Notes: a model not told the origin generated them from the sequence alone. DNA of 64,000 nt from an uncultured Acidimicrobiia bacterium (GCA_963801205.1 CAWDDV010000012.1:293-64292), one strand, 5' to 3'; numbered from the stretch's first letter, positions 49,648 through 59,368 are shown. Program-made: numbers and translations.

Positions 49648-50586
49648 GTGACGGGTCGAGGAGGGCAGACCAGCGAGGAGTACGACCTCCTCCAGCTCTA
49701 CCTGAACGACATCGGCAAGCACCCCCTTCTCGACCGGGACGAGGAGCTCCGCCTGGGCCAGCTCACCCAGGCCGGGCAGGCGGCGGCGGCCCGGCTGCGG
49801 CAGGCCGGCGTGGCCGTCGACCCCGTCCGGCGCAATGAGCTGGAAGCGGTGGCGGGGGCCGGCGCCGACGCGTCCCGCCGGTTCGTGCAGGCCAACCTCC
49901 GGCTGGTCGTGTCGATCGCCAAGCGCTACCAGTCCAGCGGCCTGCCCCTCCTCGACATCATCCAGGAGGGCAACTTCGGCCTCATCGAGGCGGTCGAGCG
50001 CTTCGACCCGTCCCGGGGGTTCAAGTTCTCGACCTACGCCACGTGGTGGATCAAGCAGACGATCACCCGCGGCATCGCCAACACCAGCCGCACCATCCGC
50101 CTGCCGGTCCACGCCAGTGACCAGCTGCTGGCCATCCGGATGGCGAGCGCCGCCATCGAGGCCCGCACCGGACGACCGCCCCGCCCCGACGAGCTGGCGG
50201 CCGCCGTCACCATTCCCGCCAAGAAGATCATGGAACTTCTGCCCCACGTGGTGGAGCCGGTGTCGCTGTCGGAGCGGATCTACGACGCCGACGGCGGCGA
50301 GCTAGGCGAGCTGGTGGAGGACGCCACCGAGGCCCCGCCCGACGTGGCCGTCTTCGAGGCCATGCTCCCCGGCCAGGTCGGCCAGCTGCTGTCCGTCCTC
50401 GAGCCGCGGGAGCGGGAGGTCGTCGGGCTGCGCTACGGGTTCGACCGGGGCCAGTCCCGTTCCCTCGACGAGGTCGGGCACCTGCTCGACGTGTCGCGGG
50501 AGGTCGTGCGCCAGCTCGAGACCCGGGCCATGACCAAACTGCGGCGGGCCTCGACCCGTAGTCTCCGCGACCTTTTGTCGGCGTAG
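49648..50586 (+). CDS. Sigma-70 family RNA polymerase sigma factor (group 2/3, SigB/SigF-like)
   Basis: Region 2 NLRLVVSIAKRYQSSGLPLLDIIQEGNFGLIEAVERFDPSRGFKFSTYATWWIKQTITR, region 3 and region 4 (LDEVGHLLDVSREVVRQLE). Intact. Confidence 0.9.
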   Translation: MTGRGGQTSEEYDLLQLYLNDIGKHPLLDRDEELRLGQLTQAGQAAAARLRQAGVAVDPVRRNELEAVAGAGADASRRFVQANLRLVVSIAKRYQSSGLPLLDIIQEGNFGLIEAVERFDPSRGFKFSTYATWWIKQTITRGIANTSRTIRLPVHASDQLLAIRMASAAIEARTGRPPRPDELAAAVTIPAKKIMELLPHVVEPVSLSERIYDADGGELGELVEDATEAPPDVAVFEAMLPGQVGQLLSVLEPREREVVGLRYGFDRGQSRSLDEVGHLLDVSREVVRQLETRAMTKLRRASTRSLRDLLSA

Positions 50587-50615
50587 CCGGTCGGTCGGCG
50601 GGGTACATCTGGCCC

Positions 50616-50870
50616 GTGACCATGACCGATGCTGGGGACGTGAGGCTGGTGGGGCGGGCGCTGGCCTTGGTGGTGTCGATGGTTCCGGAGCGGGAGGCGG
50701 TGGAGGACCTGGCCCGGGCGGCCGGTCACGACCGCCGGCTGCTGCGGGACGCCCGGGAAGCGTGCCGGGTGTCGTCGTCGGGCCGGTCCGACATGCCCGA
50801 GGTGGCCCGGGCCCTCCAGTTCCTGGACGCGGCCGCGGCGGCGGCCGGAGCCACCGCCGCGCCGTCGTGA
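50616..50870 (+). CDS. Small hypothetical protein
   Basis: 84-aa ORF with no recognisable motif, kept only because no better ORF covers the interval. Confidence 0.25.
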   Translation: MTMTDAGDVRLVGRALALVVSMVPEREAVEDLARAAGHDRRLLRDAREACRVSSSGRSDMPEVARALQFLDAAAAAAGATAAPS

Positions 50871-50907
50871 CCGCCGGACGACTACTACCCGACTGACTAC
50901 CGCCTGG

Positions 50908-51781
50908 CTACCGCTCGATCGGGGCCCGGACCAGGTTGCCCCACTCGGTCCACGAGCCGTCGTAGTTGCGGACGTTCTCGAAGCCGAGCAGGTGGGTGAG
51001 CACGAACCAGGTGTGGCTGGAGCGCTCGCCGATCCGGCAGTAGACGATCACGTTCTGGTCGGAGCTGAGGCCGTGCTTGCCCTCGTACAGCTCCCGCAGG
51101 AACTGGGCGTCCTTGAACGTGCCGTCCTCTTCGTTGGCCGTGGCTTTCCACGGCTGGCTCTTGGCGGTGGGGATGTGGCCGCCCCGGAGCGCGCCCTCCT
51201 GGGGGTACTCGGGCATGTGGAGCAGCTCACCCGAGTACTCGCCCGGCGAGCGGACGTCGATCAGCGGGCCCTGGCCGATGTGGCCGAGGGTGTCGTCGCG
51301 GTAGGCCCGGATGGGGGTGTCGTCGCGCTCGACGACGGGGTAGTCGGTGGCCTCCCGCTTGGGGATGTCGGTGGTGAGCGCGGCCGTCCTTGATCCAGCG
51401 GGCCCGGCCGCCGTTCACCAGGCGGACGTCGGGATGGCCGAAGAGCTTGAATACCCACAGGGCGTAGGCGGCCCACCAGTTGAAGGCGTCGCCGTAGAAC
51501 ACGACGGTGGAGTCGCGGCTGATCCCGTTCTTGGAGCAGAGGCTGGCGAAGCCTTGGCCGTCGACGTAGTCCCGGGTGAGCTGGTCGTTGAGGTCGAGGT
51601 GCCAGTCCACCTTGATGGCGCCCGGGATGTGGCCGGTGTCGTAGAGGAGGACGTCCTCGTCGGACTCGACGATCACGACATTGGGGTCGTCGGCGTGGTC
51701 GGCCACCCAGTCGGTGGTGACCAGCATCTCGGGGTGGGCGTACTGCTGCAGGTCGGCTGCGGGATCGGCGGCGACGGCCAT
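50908..51781 (-). pseudogene. Thiosulfate/3-mercaptopyruvate sulfurtransferase (tandem rhodanese); one frameshift near 51385
   Basis: The N-terminal rhodanese domain is in ORF 51227..51979 (from MAVAADP). The C-terminal domain, with the active-site loop YCRIGERSS, is in ORF 50908..51216. Confidence 0.85.
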
Positions 51782-51833
51782 CGGGCCTCCTTTGGAGTCG
51801 ATCGTGGTCGATTCCCGACCAATGTAGTCGACT

Positions 51834-52412
51834 ATGTTGCTAATTGGCACCGCCCACGTGGGAAACTGGGGCCATGGGAATGAGCCGGTGACCACGCCCG
51901 CCCTCCAGCGCATCGTCGACCTCTTCGGTGGTGCTCCTAAGGACCTGCGCATCCAGGCGCTGCTCGAGTACTCCCGCAAGGTGCCGCCCTTGCCCGAGCG
52001 CTACGCCGACCACCCCGAGCTGCTGGAGGCGGTGCCCGAGTGCCAGACACCGTTCTTCCTGACCACGGAGATCGACGACGACGACCGGGTCCACCTCTTC
52101 TTCAAGGTGCCGGCGGAGGCGCCCACCACCAGGGGCTTCGCCGGCATCCTGTCGGCCGGGTTGGACGGGGCCACCGCGTCGGAGGTGTTGGAGACGCCCA
52201 ACGACTTCTACAACAAGATGGGCCTGGCCGAGGTCATCTCGTCGCTCCGGCTGCGGGGGATGTCCGCCATCCTGGCCCGCCTGAAGCGCCAGGTGGGAGC
52301 GCACGTGGCCGCCCGCCAGGCGCCGTCGGGCCCTCGCCCTGGCCGACCGCCCGGAGGAACGGGCGGACGGCGGCGAGGAACGCGGCGGGCGACTCGAGGT
52401 AGAGGCTCGTGA
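51834..52412 (+). CDS. sufE: SufE-like cysteine desulfuration protein. Both the start and the 3' tail are doubtful, because the tail overlaps the convergent hydrolase gene.
   Basis: ..[57 protein letters not shown]. Confidence 0.65.
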   Translation: MLLIGTAHVGNWGHGNEPVTTPALQRIVDLFGGAPKDLRIQALLEYSRKVPPLPERYADHPELLEAVPECQTPFFLTTEIDDDDRVHLFFKVPAEAPTTRGFAGILSAGLDGATASEVLETPNDFYNKMGLAEVISSLRLRGMSAILARLKRQVGAHVAARQAPSGPRPGRPPGGTGGRRRGTRRATRGRGS

Positions 52413-53141
52413 CCGAGTCCTGGGAGCACGACCAGTTGCGATCGGGGGATGTGGGTGTGGAGGTGCTCGGCCACGAACCGGGGTGAGCGCTCGTCGTCCT
52501 CGCCGTAGAGCAGGAGGGTGGGGACGTCGATGCCGGCCAGGGCGGGCCGGAGGTCGGCGGCGGCGAAGGCCCGGATCATCGTCTTGGCCGGCGCCAGCCG
52601 GACGTCCTCCATGATGCCGGTGAGCTTCCTCGGCCGCCTCTGGGGGCATGACGTCGGAGAAAAGGCCGGGGAACGACCGCGGCACGAACGGCTCCTCCAT
52701 GGCCACGAACGCGGTCAGGCGGGCCTCGACCACGTCCGCCGGCAGCGATCCGGACCACCCCGCGTACGCCCCCACCAGCACCAACGAGCGGGGGACCGAC
52801 GGATGGCGATGGGCGAGCTCGATGGCCAGTCCTCCACCGAACGAGTGGCCGACGACGTGGGGTCGCTCCAGGCCCAGGGCCTCGACGAACCCGGCCAGGC
52901 AGTCGGCGTAGTCGGCCAGGCTGAACGTCTCCGGCGGGTCGTCGGACGGGCCGCAGCCGGGGGCGTCCCAGGCTACGACGGTGAACTCGTCCGAGAGATC
53001 GTCGAGCTGGCGCCGCCACACCCGGCCGTCGCTCACCCCGCCGTGGAGGAGCACGACCGGCGGACCGTCCCCCGCCCGCCGGTACCCGATGCGCAGGCCG
53101 CCCACGTCGACGCTCGCCAGGGGCGGAACCCCTCCGGGCAT
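52234..53141 (-). pseudogene. Alpha/beta hydrolase; frameshifts near 52620 and 52400; 3' end uncertain
   Basis: VVLLHGGVSDG, nucleophile elbow GHSFGG, C-terminal LLLYGEDDERSP..LPGLGH then [18 protein letters not shown] in a third frame. ATGA overlap with the upstream gene. Confidence 0.75.
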
Positions 53142-53767
53142 CAGGTGAACGGCCCGTCGACCACGCGCCAGCAGTACCAGGCCGCGATCGACCGATACGG
53201 CCGGTAGACCTCGCCGGCGGCGGCCAGCGCGGCCGGCGTGGGCGGGACGTCGAGGCCGTGCATGCGGCCGTAGCCGACCCGCACGCCGAGGTCGCCGGTG
53301 GGCCATACGTCGGGCCGGTTGAGCTGGAAGATGAGGAACATCTGGGCCGTCCACGGCCCGATCCCCCGCACCTGCACCAGCCGCTCGACGATCTCGTCGT
53401 CGTCCATGCGGGCCCACCCTTGGAGGGGGACGGTGCGGTCGAGCGACTTGGCCGCCAGGTCCTTGATCGACGCCACCTTGGCCGCCGACAGGCCCACGCT
53501 CCGGAGGACGTCGTCGGGGGTGGCCGCCACCGCGGCCGGGGTGGGACGGCCGTCGAAGAGGGCGGCGAAGCGTCCGTGGATGGCGGCCGCGGCCGCCCCC
53601 GCCAACTGCTGGAAGCAGATGGACCGGGCCAGGGCGCCGAACGCCCCGCCCGCCGCCCTCCCCCGGACCAGTCGGCATCGGCCGCCGTCGGCCGCGATCA
53701 CCCGGGCCAGGACGGGGTCGGCCGCCGACAGGGTGGCGCAGGCGTCGGCCCAACGATCATCTGCCAC
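53141..53767 (-). CDS. DNA-3-methyladenine glycosylase II (HhH-GPD, AlkA-like)
   Basis: VGLSAAKVASIKDLA, VRGIGPWTAQMFLIF and PTGDLGVRVGY motifs. Intact 208 aa. Confidence 0.8.
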   Translation of the reverse strand: MADDRWADACATLSAADPVLARVIAADGGRCRLVRGRAAGGAFGALARSICFQQLAGAAAAAIHGRFAALFDGRPTPAAVAATPDDVLRSVGLSAAKVASIKDLAAKSLDRTVPLQGWARMDDDEIVERLVQVRGIGPWTAQMFLIFQLNRPDVWPTGDLGVRVGYGRMHGLDVPPTPAALAAAGEVYRPYRSIAAWYCWRVVDGPFT

Positions 53768-53793
53768 GTTCCTATTCTTCCCGGCTGACCTCG

Positions 53794-53807
53794 GGAGCGA
53801 TCGCTCC
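53794..53807. promoter_or_regulatory. Perfect 14-bp palindrome GGAGCGATCGCTCC between a -35-like CTGACC (53785-53790) and a -10-like TAGAAT (53808-53813); candidate MerR operator/promoter
   Basis: Geometry read directly from the sequence. It lies immediately upstream of the MerR-family gene, and ATG 53821 would then be a leaderless start. Confidence 0.4.
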
Positions 53808-53811
53808 TAGA

Positions 53812-54588
53812 ATGATCACTATGAGGATGCGGGTGGAGGAGCTGGCGCTCCAGGCCGACGTCTCCGTCGATACCATTCGCTTCTACCAGAAGCAGCACCT
53901 CCTGCCGCCCCCCGGCCGGGACGGACGCCTGGCCTGGTACAACGAGGACCACCTCGAGCGCATCGCCCGCATCAAGGAGCTGCAGCGGCGGGGCTTCACC
54001 CTGGCCGTCATCCGCCGCTTCCTCTCCGGCGAGCTCGACCCGGCCGACGAGCGGTTGGCGGCGGCGGTGGTCGAGGCGGGCGACGAGGACGCCGTCGGCG
54101 ACGGCGAGGGGGAGACGTTCGACCTCGAAGGGCTGGCCTCCCGGGTCGGTGTCCCCACCGCCATCCTGGAATCGCTCGTGCGGGAGGGACTGCTCGTCCC
54201 CCGCGTCCACGAGGGTGAGGCCCGGTTCGGCCCCGACGACGTCACCGTGCTCACTGCCGGCCTGCGCCTGCTCGAGGCCGGCCTCCCCCTCCCCGAGGTC
54301 TTCGACCTCGCCCGCCGCTTCCACGCCCTCAGCCGGGAGGTGGCCAGCCAGGCGGTGGAGCTGTTCGACACGTACGTCCGCAAGCCGCTGCGGGAGCAGG
54401 ACCTCGACGAGGCGGCCAAGGCCGAGCGCATGGTCGAGACGTTCCGCACACTCATGCCGGCGGTGGGCGACCTGGTGTCGTTCCACTTCCGCCGCATCCT
54501 GCTGCAGGTGGCCCAGGAGCACCTCGAGTCGGTGGGCGACCCGGCCGAGATCGCGGCCGCGGCGGCCGATGACGGATGGTCCCAATGA
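53812..54588 (+). CDS. MerR family transcriptional regulator (two MerR-like HTH repeats); alternative start 53821
   Basis: MRVEELALQADVSVDTIRFYQKQHLLPPP.. and a second repeat LEGLASRVGVPTAILESLVREGLLVP. Confidence 0.8.
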   Translation: MITMRMRVEELALQADVSVDTIRFYQKQHLLPPPGRDGRLAWYNEDHLERIARIKELQRRGFTLAVIRRFLSGELDPADERLAAAVVEAGDEDAVGDGEGETFDLEGLASRVGVPTAILESLVREGLLVPRVHEGEARFGPDDVTVLTAGLRLLEAGLPLPEVFDLARRFHALSREVASQAVELFDTYVRKPLREQDLDEAAKAERMVETFRTLMPAVGDLVSFHFRRILLQVAQEHLESVGDPAEIAAAAADDGWSQ

Positions 54589-55303
54589 CGGTGTGGTCGT
54601 GAGCCAACTACCCCAGGGCCAGGAGAAGGTCAGGGCGGTCGAGGACATGTTCGACGCCATCGCCCCCCGCTACGACGCCCTCAACCGCATCCTCACCATG
54701 CGGATGGACGTGGGCTGGCGCAAGAAGACGGTGCGGTCGTTGGGGTTGCCGCCGGGATCGGTCGTGCTCGACCTGGCGTGCGGGACGGGCGACCTATGCC
54801 GGGTGTTGGAGGACGCCGGCTACCGCGCTGTTGGCGTCGACCGGTCGGCGGGGATGCTGGCCGCGGCCCGGACGTCGGTCCCTCTCGTGCGGGGCGACGC
54901 GCTGGCGTTGCCCGCGGCCGACGGCTCGGTGGACGGGATCGTGTGCGGGTTCGCGTTACGCAACGTCCTCGGCCTCGACCTGTTCTTCGCCGAGTGCGCC
55001 CGGGTGCTCCGTCCCGGGGGACGGGTGGCGCTGCTGGAGGTGTCGGTGCCGGCCAACCCGCTGTTGCGCTTCGGCCACCGGGTGTACTTCGGGAAGGTCG
55101 TCCCTTTCGTGGGCGGCCTGCTGTCTGACCGGGACGCCTACCGCTACCTGCCCAAGTCGGTGGCCTACCTGCCGCCCGTGGCCGAGGTCATGACCATGAT
55201 GGCGGCGGCCGGCTTCTCCTCCGCCACCCGGCGGACGTTCTCCGGTGGCATCGCCCAGCTCCTCACCGGCACCCGGGCGCCGACGCTGGCGGCCGGGGTA
55301 TGA
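54569..55303 (+). CDS. menG: Demethylmenaquinone methyltransferase (UbiE/MenG class I SAM-MTase)
   Basis: FDAIAPRYDALNRILTMRMDVGWRK, VLDLACGTGD, LRNV, VLRPGGRVALLE, YRYLPKSV. Confidence 0.85.
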   Translation: MTDGPNDGVVVSQLPQGQEKVRAVEDMFDAIAPRYDALNRILTMRMDVGWRKKTVRSLGLPPGSVVLDLACGTGDLCRVLEDAGYRAVGVDRSAGMLAAARTSVPLVRGDALALPAADGSVDGIVCGFALRNVLGLDLFFAECARVLRPGGRVALLEVSVPANPLLRFGHRVYFGKVVPFVGGLLSDRDAYRYLPKSVAYLPPVAEVMTMMAAAGFSSATRRTFSGGIAQLLTGTRAPTLAAGV

Positions 55304-56553
55304 GCGCTCTACGGGCCCCCGGCCGACGCTCACCAGCCGCACCCGGGCGTTGGCGGAGGCGCCCGACCTGCTGGCCGCCCTCGGCGATCCCGACGGCTTC
55401 GCCTGGCTGCACGACGGCGCCGGCCTGGTCACGTCCGGCGTGGCCGCCCGCATCCCGGTGCGCCGGGGGCCGGGCCGGTTGGAAGCGGCGGCGGACGAGG
55501 TGAGCGCGCTGCTGGCGGCCATCGAGTCCGACGACACCGTCCGCCTCCCGGGGTCGGGACCGTTGGCCGTCGGGGCCCCCGGCTTCTCCGACGAGGGCGA
55601 GGGCGAGCTTCATCGTCCCCGCCGTCGTCATCGGCCTCACCCGTTCCGGCCAAGCGTGGATGACCGAGACCGGTCCCGGGCCGGGGCTGGCGGCGCCCGC
55701 GCCCATGGCCGTTCCGCCGCCGTCGCCGGGCCCGTCGCGGTTCACGGTCGACGGCCACGGGTTGCGGCCCCGGTGGGGCGAGATGGTGGAGGAGGCCCTG
55801 GCCCGGATCGCGTCGGGCGAGCTGTCGAAGGTCGTTCTGGCCCGGGACGTCACGGTGGAGGCCGACCGCCCGTTCGACGTGGCCACCGTGTTGACGCGGT
55901 TGCGGGGCGGTCACCCCACGTGCTTCACCTTTGCCGCCGGTGGATTGGTGGGGGCGACGCCCGAGCTGCTGGTCCGCCGGCGGGACGCCCTGGTCGTGTC
56001 CCGGCCGATGGCTGGCACCGCGCCCCGGGGCGACACCCTTGACGACGACCGGCGGATGGTGGCCCGCATGAAGTCGTCCACCAAGGAGGGCCGGGAGCAC
56101 CGGGTGGTGGTGGATGCGGTGCGAGCCGCGTTGGGGCCGGTGTGCGAGGAAGTGTCGGCGAGCGCCCAGCCCGAAGTCGCCCGCCTGGCCACCGTCGCCC
56201 ACCTGGCCACCACCGTCGCCGGCCGGCTGAAGGCGCCGTGGCCGTCGGCGCTGGCGTTGGCCGGTCTGCTCCACCCCACGCCGGCGGTGGCCGGCTCACC
56301 CCGGTCGGCGGCCTTGGCCGCGATCGCCGAGCTGGAGGATTTCGACCGGGGCGGTTACACGGGACCGGTGGGATGGGTCGACAGCAGGGGCGACGGCGAC
56401 TGGGCGGTGGCCCTGCGGTGCGCCAACATCCACGGCGCCCGGGCCCGCCTGTTCGCGGGGGCGGGAATCGTGGCCGGGTCGTCTCCCGGCGCGGAGTGGG
56501 CCGAGACCCAGGCCAAGCTGGAGCCCATGATGCGCGCCCTGGTGCAACCGTGA
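55300..56553 (+). pseudogene. menF: Isochorismate synthase; frameshifts at the C5 run 55316-55320 and near 55610
   Basis: ATGA start overlaps the menG stop. Chorismate-binding motifs KVVLARD, GATPELLV, SRPMAGT, EHRVVVD, LHPTPAVAG, YTGPVGW, GAGIVAGSSP. Confidence 0.85.
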
Positions 56554-56581
56554 GCCGGTCCGAGGTGAGGTTGCTTTGCCT

Positions 56582-56699
56582 TTCTCGGTAGCTGAGAGTG
56601 CGATTTCCGCAACGTCCCATACCGAGAACTCGGGGCTTCCTGGGGTTTGCCGTTCTCGGTAGCTGAGAGTGCGATTTCCGCCCCGTCCCATACCGAGAA
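56582..56699. repeat. Two tandem copies (B: 56582-56628, C: 56653-56699, 71-bp period) of the TTCTCGGTAGC...TACCGAGAA palindromic repeat
   Basis: TTCTCGGTAGCTGAGAGTGCGATTTCCGC(A/C)(A/C)CGTCCCATACCGAGAA appears twice, between the menF stop and the DUF559 gene stop. Confidence 0.85.
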
Positions 56700-56730
56700 T
56701 CCTCGGGTGCCGGCGTCGGCTTCGAACATC

Positions 56731-57657
56731 TCAGGCGGCGCGGGCCGTCGCCACTGCTCGTAGCTCCGCGGCGGCGCCTGCCCGATCGTCCACCAGGTCC
56801 TGGTAGACCCAGCGCATCGTCGACCATCCGGCCATCAACGCCTCGCGGTCCCGGCGGCGGTCGCGGCTCATCGCCTCCAGCCGGGCATGCCACCGCCGGC
56901 CGTCGGCCTCCAGGATCAGCCGGCTGGCGGGCACCGCCGCGTCGACACACCCGACGATCGGCTCCCGGTGCCACGGCAGGGGGTGTTGGCGCACCGCTTC
57001 GACGCCGGCGAGACGGATGACTGCGTGGAGCTCGCGCTCGAGGAACGACGCCTCCGGAGGCTCCCCGCCCAGGGTCTCGAGCACCCGTACCAGGCGCGTC
57101 ACTCCCGGCTTGCCCTGCCGGCGAACGTCCCTCAGGACCCGGTCTATCTGGGAGAACGTGGCCTGTCGCTCGACGACGGCGCCCTCGATCGCCCGGCACA
57201 GCCGGAAATCAGTGACGACGGCGGCCAGGTCGATGACGGTGCGGGCCGGGGTCGTGGTCGGGAACCCGTGCACGGTCTCGAGGTGCCACGGGGCCAGGTC
57301 GTCGATGCGGTGCACCGTCATCGTCGTGGGCGGCACGTAGCCCCGCTCGTGGGAGACCGTGACAACGATGAGGTCGCGGCCTATCCCATCCAGGCCGTGG
57401 AGCTCGGCCGCCGACTCGTGGGTGAGGGTGGCGCCCGGGCCGAGGGCGAGAAGGGCAAGATGCCGGCGACGATCGAGGGATTCCGCGGTGCCGGCGAGGA
57501 CCCACGGTCCTCCGAGTGGCCCCACCCAGCGCCCGGCGGCGACCCGCCGGCGGGCCAGCGAGCGGTCGCCCCCCGCGGAGGTCACGTCGGCGATCGAGAA
57601 CGCTCCCGCCTGCCTGGCCGCCACCTGTGCCACTCGCCGGTCCACGTCGCTCCTCAC
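56731..57657 (-). CDS. DUF559 / Vsr-like endonuclease-domain protein with an AbiEi-like N-terminal wHTH; probable GTG start at 57657 (the ORF is open to 57735)
   Basis: N-terminal VAQVAARQAGAFSIADVTSAGGDRSLARRRVAAGRW. C-terminal ..CVDAAVPASRLILEADGRRWHA..RDRRRDREALMAGWSTMRW, typical of DUF559. Intact. Confidence 0.75.
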   Translation of the reverse strand: MRSDVDRRVAQVAARQAGAFSIADVTSAGGDRSLARRRVAAGRWVGPLGGPWVLAGTAESLDRRRHLALLALGPGATLTHESAAELHGLDGIGRDLIVVTVSHERGYVPPTTMTVHRIDDLAPWHLETVHGFPTTTPARTVIDLAAVVTDFRLCRAIEGAVVERQATFSQIDRVLRDVRRQGKPGVTRLVRVLETLGGEPPEASFLERELHAVIRLAGVEAVRQHPLPWHREPIVGCVDAAVPASRLILEADGRRWHARLEAMSRDRRRDREALMAGWSTMRWVYQDLVDDRAGAAAELRAVATARAA

Positions 57658-57703
57658 AACACGTAAAGTGCATGAAAATGAATGAAACGTCAAGACCCTG
57701 CCG

Positions 57704-57751
57704 GTACTCGGTAGCCAGGCGGGCGGTTTTCGCACTCTCCGCTACCGAGAA
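57704..57751. repeat. Inverted-orientation copy (D) of the TTCTCGGTAGC palindromic repeat
   Basis: The reverse complement reads TTCTCGGTAGCGGAGAGTGCGAAAACCGCCCGCCTGGCTACCGAGTAC. It sits upstream of the DUF559 gene next to an AT-rich promoter-like stretch. Confidence 0.8.
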
Positions 57752-57778
57752 CTTGGGGCGCAGGCCAAGCTGGAGCGC

Positions 57779-58042
57779 ATGACGCGCACCGAGGTCGAGG
57801 CCCGGTTCCGGGAGGAGGGCCTGTCGCCCACCTCGTGGGGCAATGGGCCGGGCGACACCTACGGGTGGCACTCGCACACCTACCACAAGGTCCTCTACTG
57901 CGTGTCGGGGAGCATCGTCTTCCACACCCGCGCCGGCGACGTCGAGCTGCACGCCGGCGAGCGCCTCGACCTCCCCCCGGGGACGGAGCACGCGGCCACC
58001 GTCGGCCCGTCCGGGTGCCAGTGCATGGAGGCATCACGATGA
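57779..58042 (+). CDS. Small cupin domain protein
   Basis: GDTYGWHSHTYHKVLYCVSGSIVFH..LDLPPGTEHAA. ATGA overlap with the next gene. Confidence 0.7.
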   Translation: MTRTEVEARFREEGLSPTSWGNGPGDTYGWHSHTYHKVLYCVSGSIVFHTRAGDVELHAGERLDLPPGTEHAATVGPSGCQCMEASR

Positions 58043-58695
58043 AGGTCGTCCCCGAGGACCTGGAGGCCTACGCCGTCACCCATTCGAGCCCGGAGGCGCC
58101 CTGGCTGGTGGCGCTGGCGGCCGAGACCCGGGAGGTGTCGGAGCAGCACGGGATGATGGTGGGCGTCCTCGAAGGGCGGTTCCTGGAGTTCCTGGTCTTC
58201 ATGACCGGCGCCCGCCGGGTGCTCGAGATCGGGACCTTCACCGGCTACTCGGCCCTGTCGATGGCGGCCGCCCTGCCGCCTGACGGGCGGATCGTCACGT
58301 GCGACATCGATCCGGTCACCAACGAAGTGGCCCGCCGGCACGCGTCGTCGAGCCCCCATGGGGACCGGATCGAGTTCCGCCTGGGGCCGGCGTTGGAGAC
58401 GCTGGCCAGCCTGGACGGACCGTTCGACCTGGCGTTCATCGACGCCGACAAGGAGTCGTACCTCGCCTACTACGAGGCGGTGCTCCCCAAGCTGGCCGAT
58501 CGGGGCGTGATCGTGGTCGACAACGTGTTGTGGAGTGGGCGGGTGCTCGACCCGGCCGACGAGTCGGTCGACACCGTCGCCATCCGGGCCTTCAACGACG
58601 CGGTGGCCGCCGATCCGCGGGTGGTGTGCGTGACGCTCACCGTCCGCGACGGGGTCACCCTGCTTCGTCGGGCTCCGGGGGCTGCTCCCAGCTGA
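58039..58695 (+). CDS. Class I SAM-dependent O-methyltransferase (caffeoyl-CoA OMT-like)
   Basis: VLEIGTFTGYSALSMA, DLAFIDADKESY, VVDNVLWSGRV. Confidence 0.85.
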   Translation: MKVVPEDLEAYAVTHSSPEAPWLVALAAETREVSEQHGMMVGVLEGRFLEFLVFMTGARRVLEIGTFTGYSALSMAAALPPDGRIVTCDIDPVTNEVARRHASSSPHGDRIEFRLGPALETLASLDGPFDLAFIDADKESYLAYYEAVLPKLADRGVIVVDNVLWSGRVLDPADESVDTVAIRAFNDAVAADPRVVCVTLTVRDGVTLLRRAPGAAPS

Positions 58696-58879
58696 CGTCG
58701 AAGCCGAGGAGGGTGCGGAAGCGCTCGAGCATGTCGTCCTCCTCGAGCTCGTGGATGTTGCGCCGCTTGGGGTCGTAGACCTCGGCCGCCACGTCGAGCG
58801 TCTGGTCGACGAGCCACGTGTCCATCTCCTGGCGCAGCTGTTCGAGGTGGTCGTCGTCGGGTGAACTATCGGGGGCCAT
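58655..58879 (-). CDS. Small acidic hypothetical protein
   Basis: 74-aa ORF from ATG 58879 (MAPDSSPDDDHLEQLRQEMDTWL..). No family recognised. Confidence 0.35.
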   Translation of the reverse strand: MAPDSSPDDDHLEQLRQEMDTWLVDQTLDVAAEVYDPKRRNIHELEEDDMLERFRTLLGFDVSWEQPPEPDEAG

Positions 58880-58915
58880 CGCTTTCCGTCCTCCTGCGCG
58901 CCAGTATGTCCGCCT

Positions 58916-59338
58916 ATGAGTAACTGGGGCGAAGGCCTGTCCGAGGTGGCCAAAACCGAGATGGACCAGGTGCTCACGGCGGCGGTGACGTTCGCCCAGA
59001 CGATGCTCGAGGGACAAGGGGCGTTCTACCCGTACGCGGTGAAGCTCACCGACGCGGGCGACACGGAGATGGTGACCGCGCCCGCCGGCGCGGACGATGC
59101 GTTGGCCACGCTGATCGGCGCCCTCGCTGCCCAACGGTTCGAACTCCGGGCGGGAGCGGTGGTGGCGGCGGTGCACCTGGACTCGCTCGGGTCCGACGCC
59201 GTCCGAGTCGACCTCGAGCACCGCGAAGGCGCCGCCCTCACCTTGATCCGCCCCTACACGAGGAAGAAGCTGCGCAAGAAGATCGAGTGGGGCGAGATGC
59301 AGTCGATGGTCGTCGACCCCAAGATCTGGGGGGCCTGA
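58916..59338 (+). CDS. Hypothetical protein
   Basis: Intact 140-aa ORF with a non-biased composition. No family recognised. Confidence 0.45.
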   Translation: MSNWGEGLSEVAKTEMDQVLTAAVTFAQTMLEGQGAFYPYAVKLTDAGDTEMVTAPAGADDALATLIGALAAQRFELRAGAVVAAVHLDSLGSDAVRVDLEHREGAALTLIRPYTRKKLRKKIEWGEMQSMVVDPKIWGA

Positions 59339-59340
59339 GA

Positions 59341-59368
59341 GGCGAGGGGGCGCGGCGAAGCCCTCGCC
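59341..59368. terminator. Hairpin between convergent genes
   Basis: GGCGAGGG (N12) CCCTCGCC. Confidence 0.4.

Noticed and set aside
57658-57735. The N-terminal extension of the DUF559 ORF (MRKPPAWLPSTGRVLTFHSFSCTLRV..).
   Set aside because: This segment is the AT-rich promoter-like and repeat region, and family members normally begin near the V/MRSDVDRRVAQ.. sequence. I therefore prefer the GTG at 57657.
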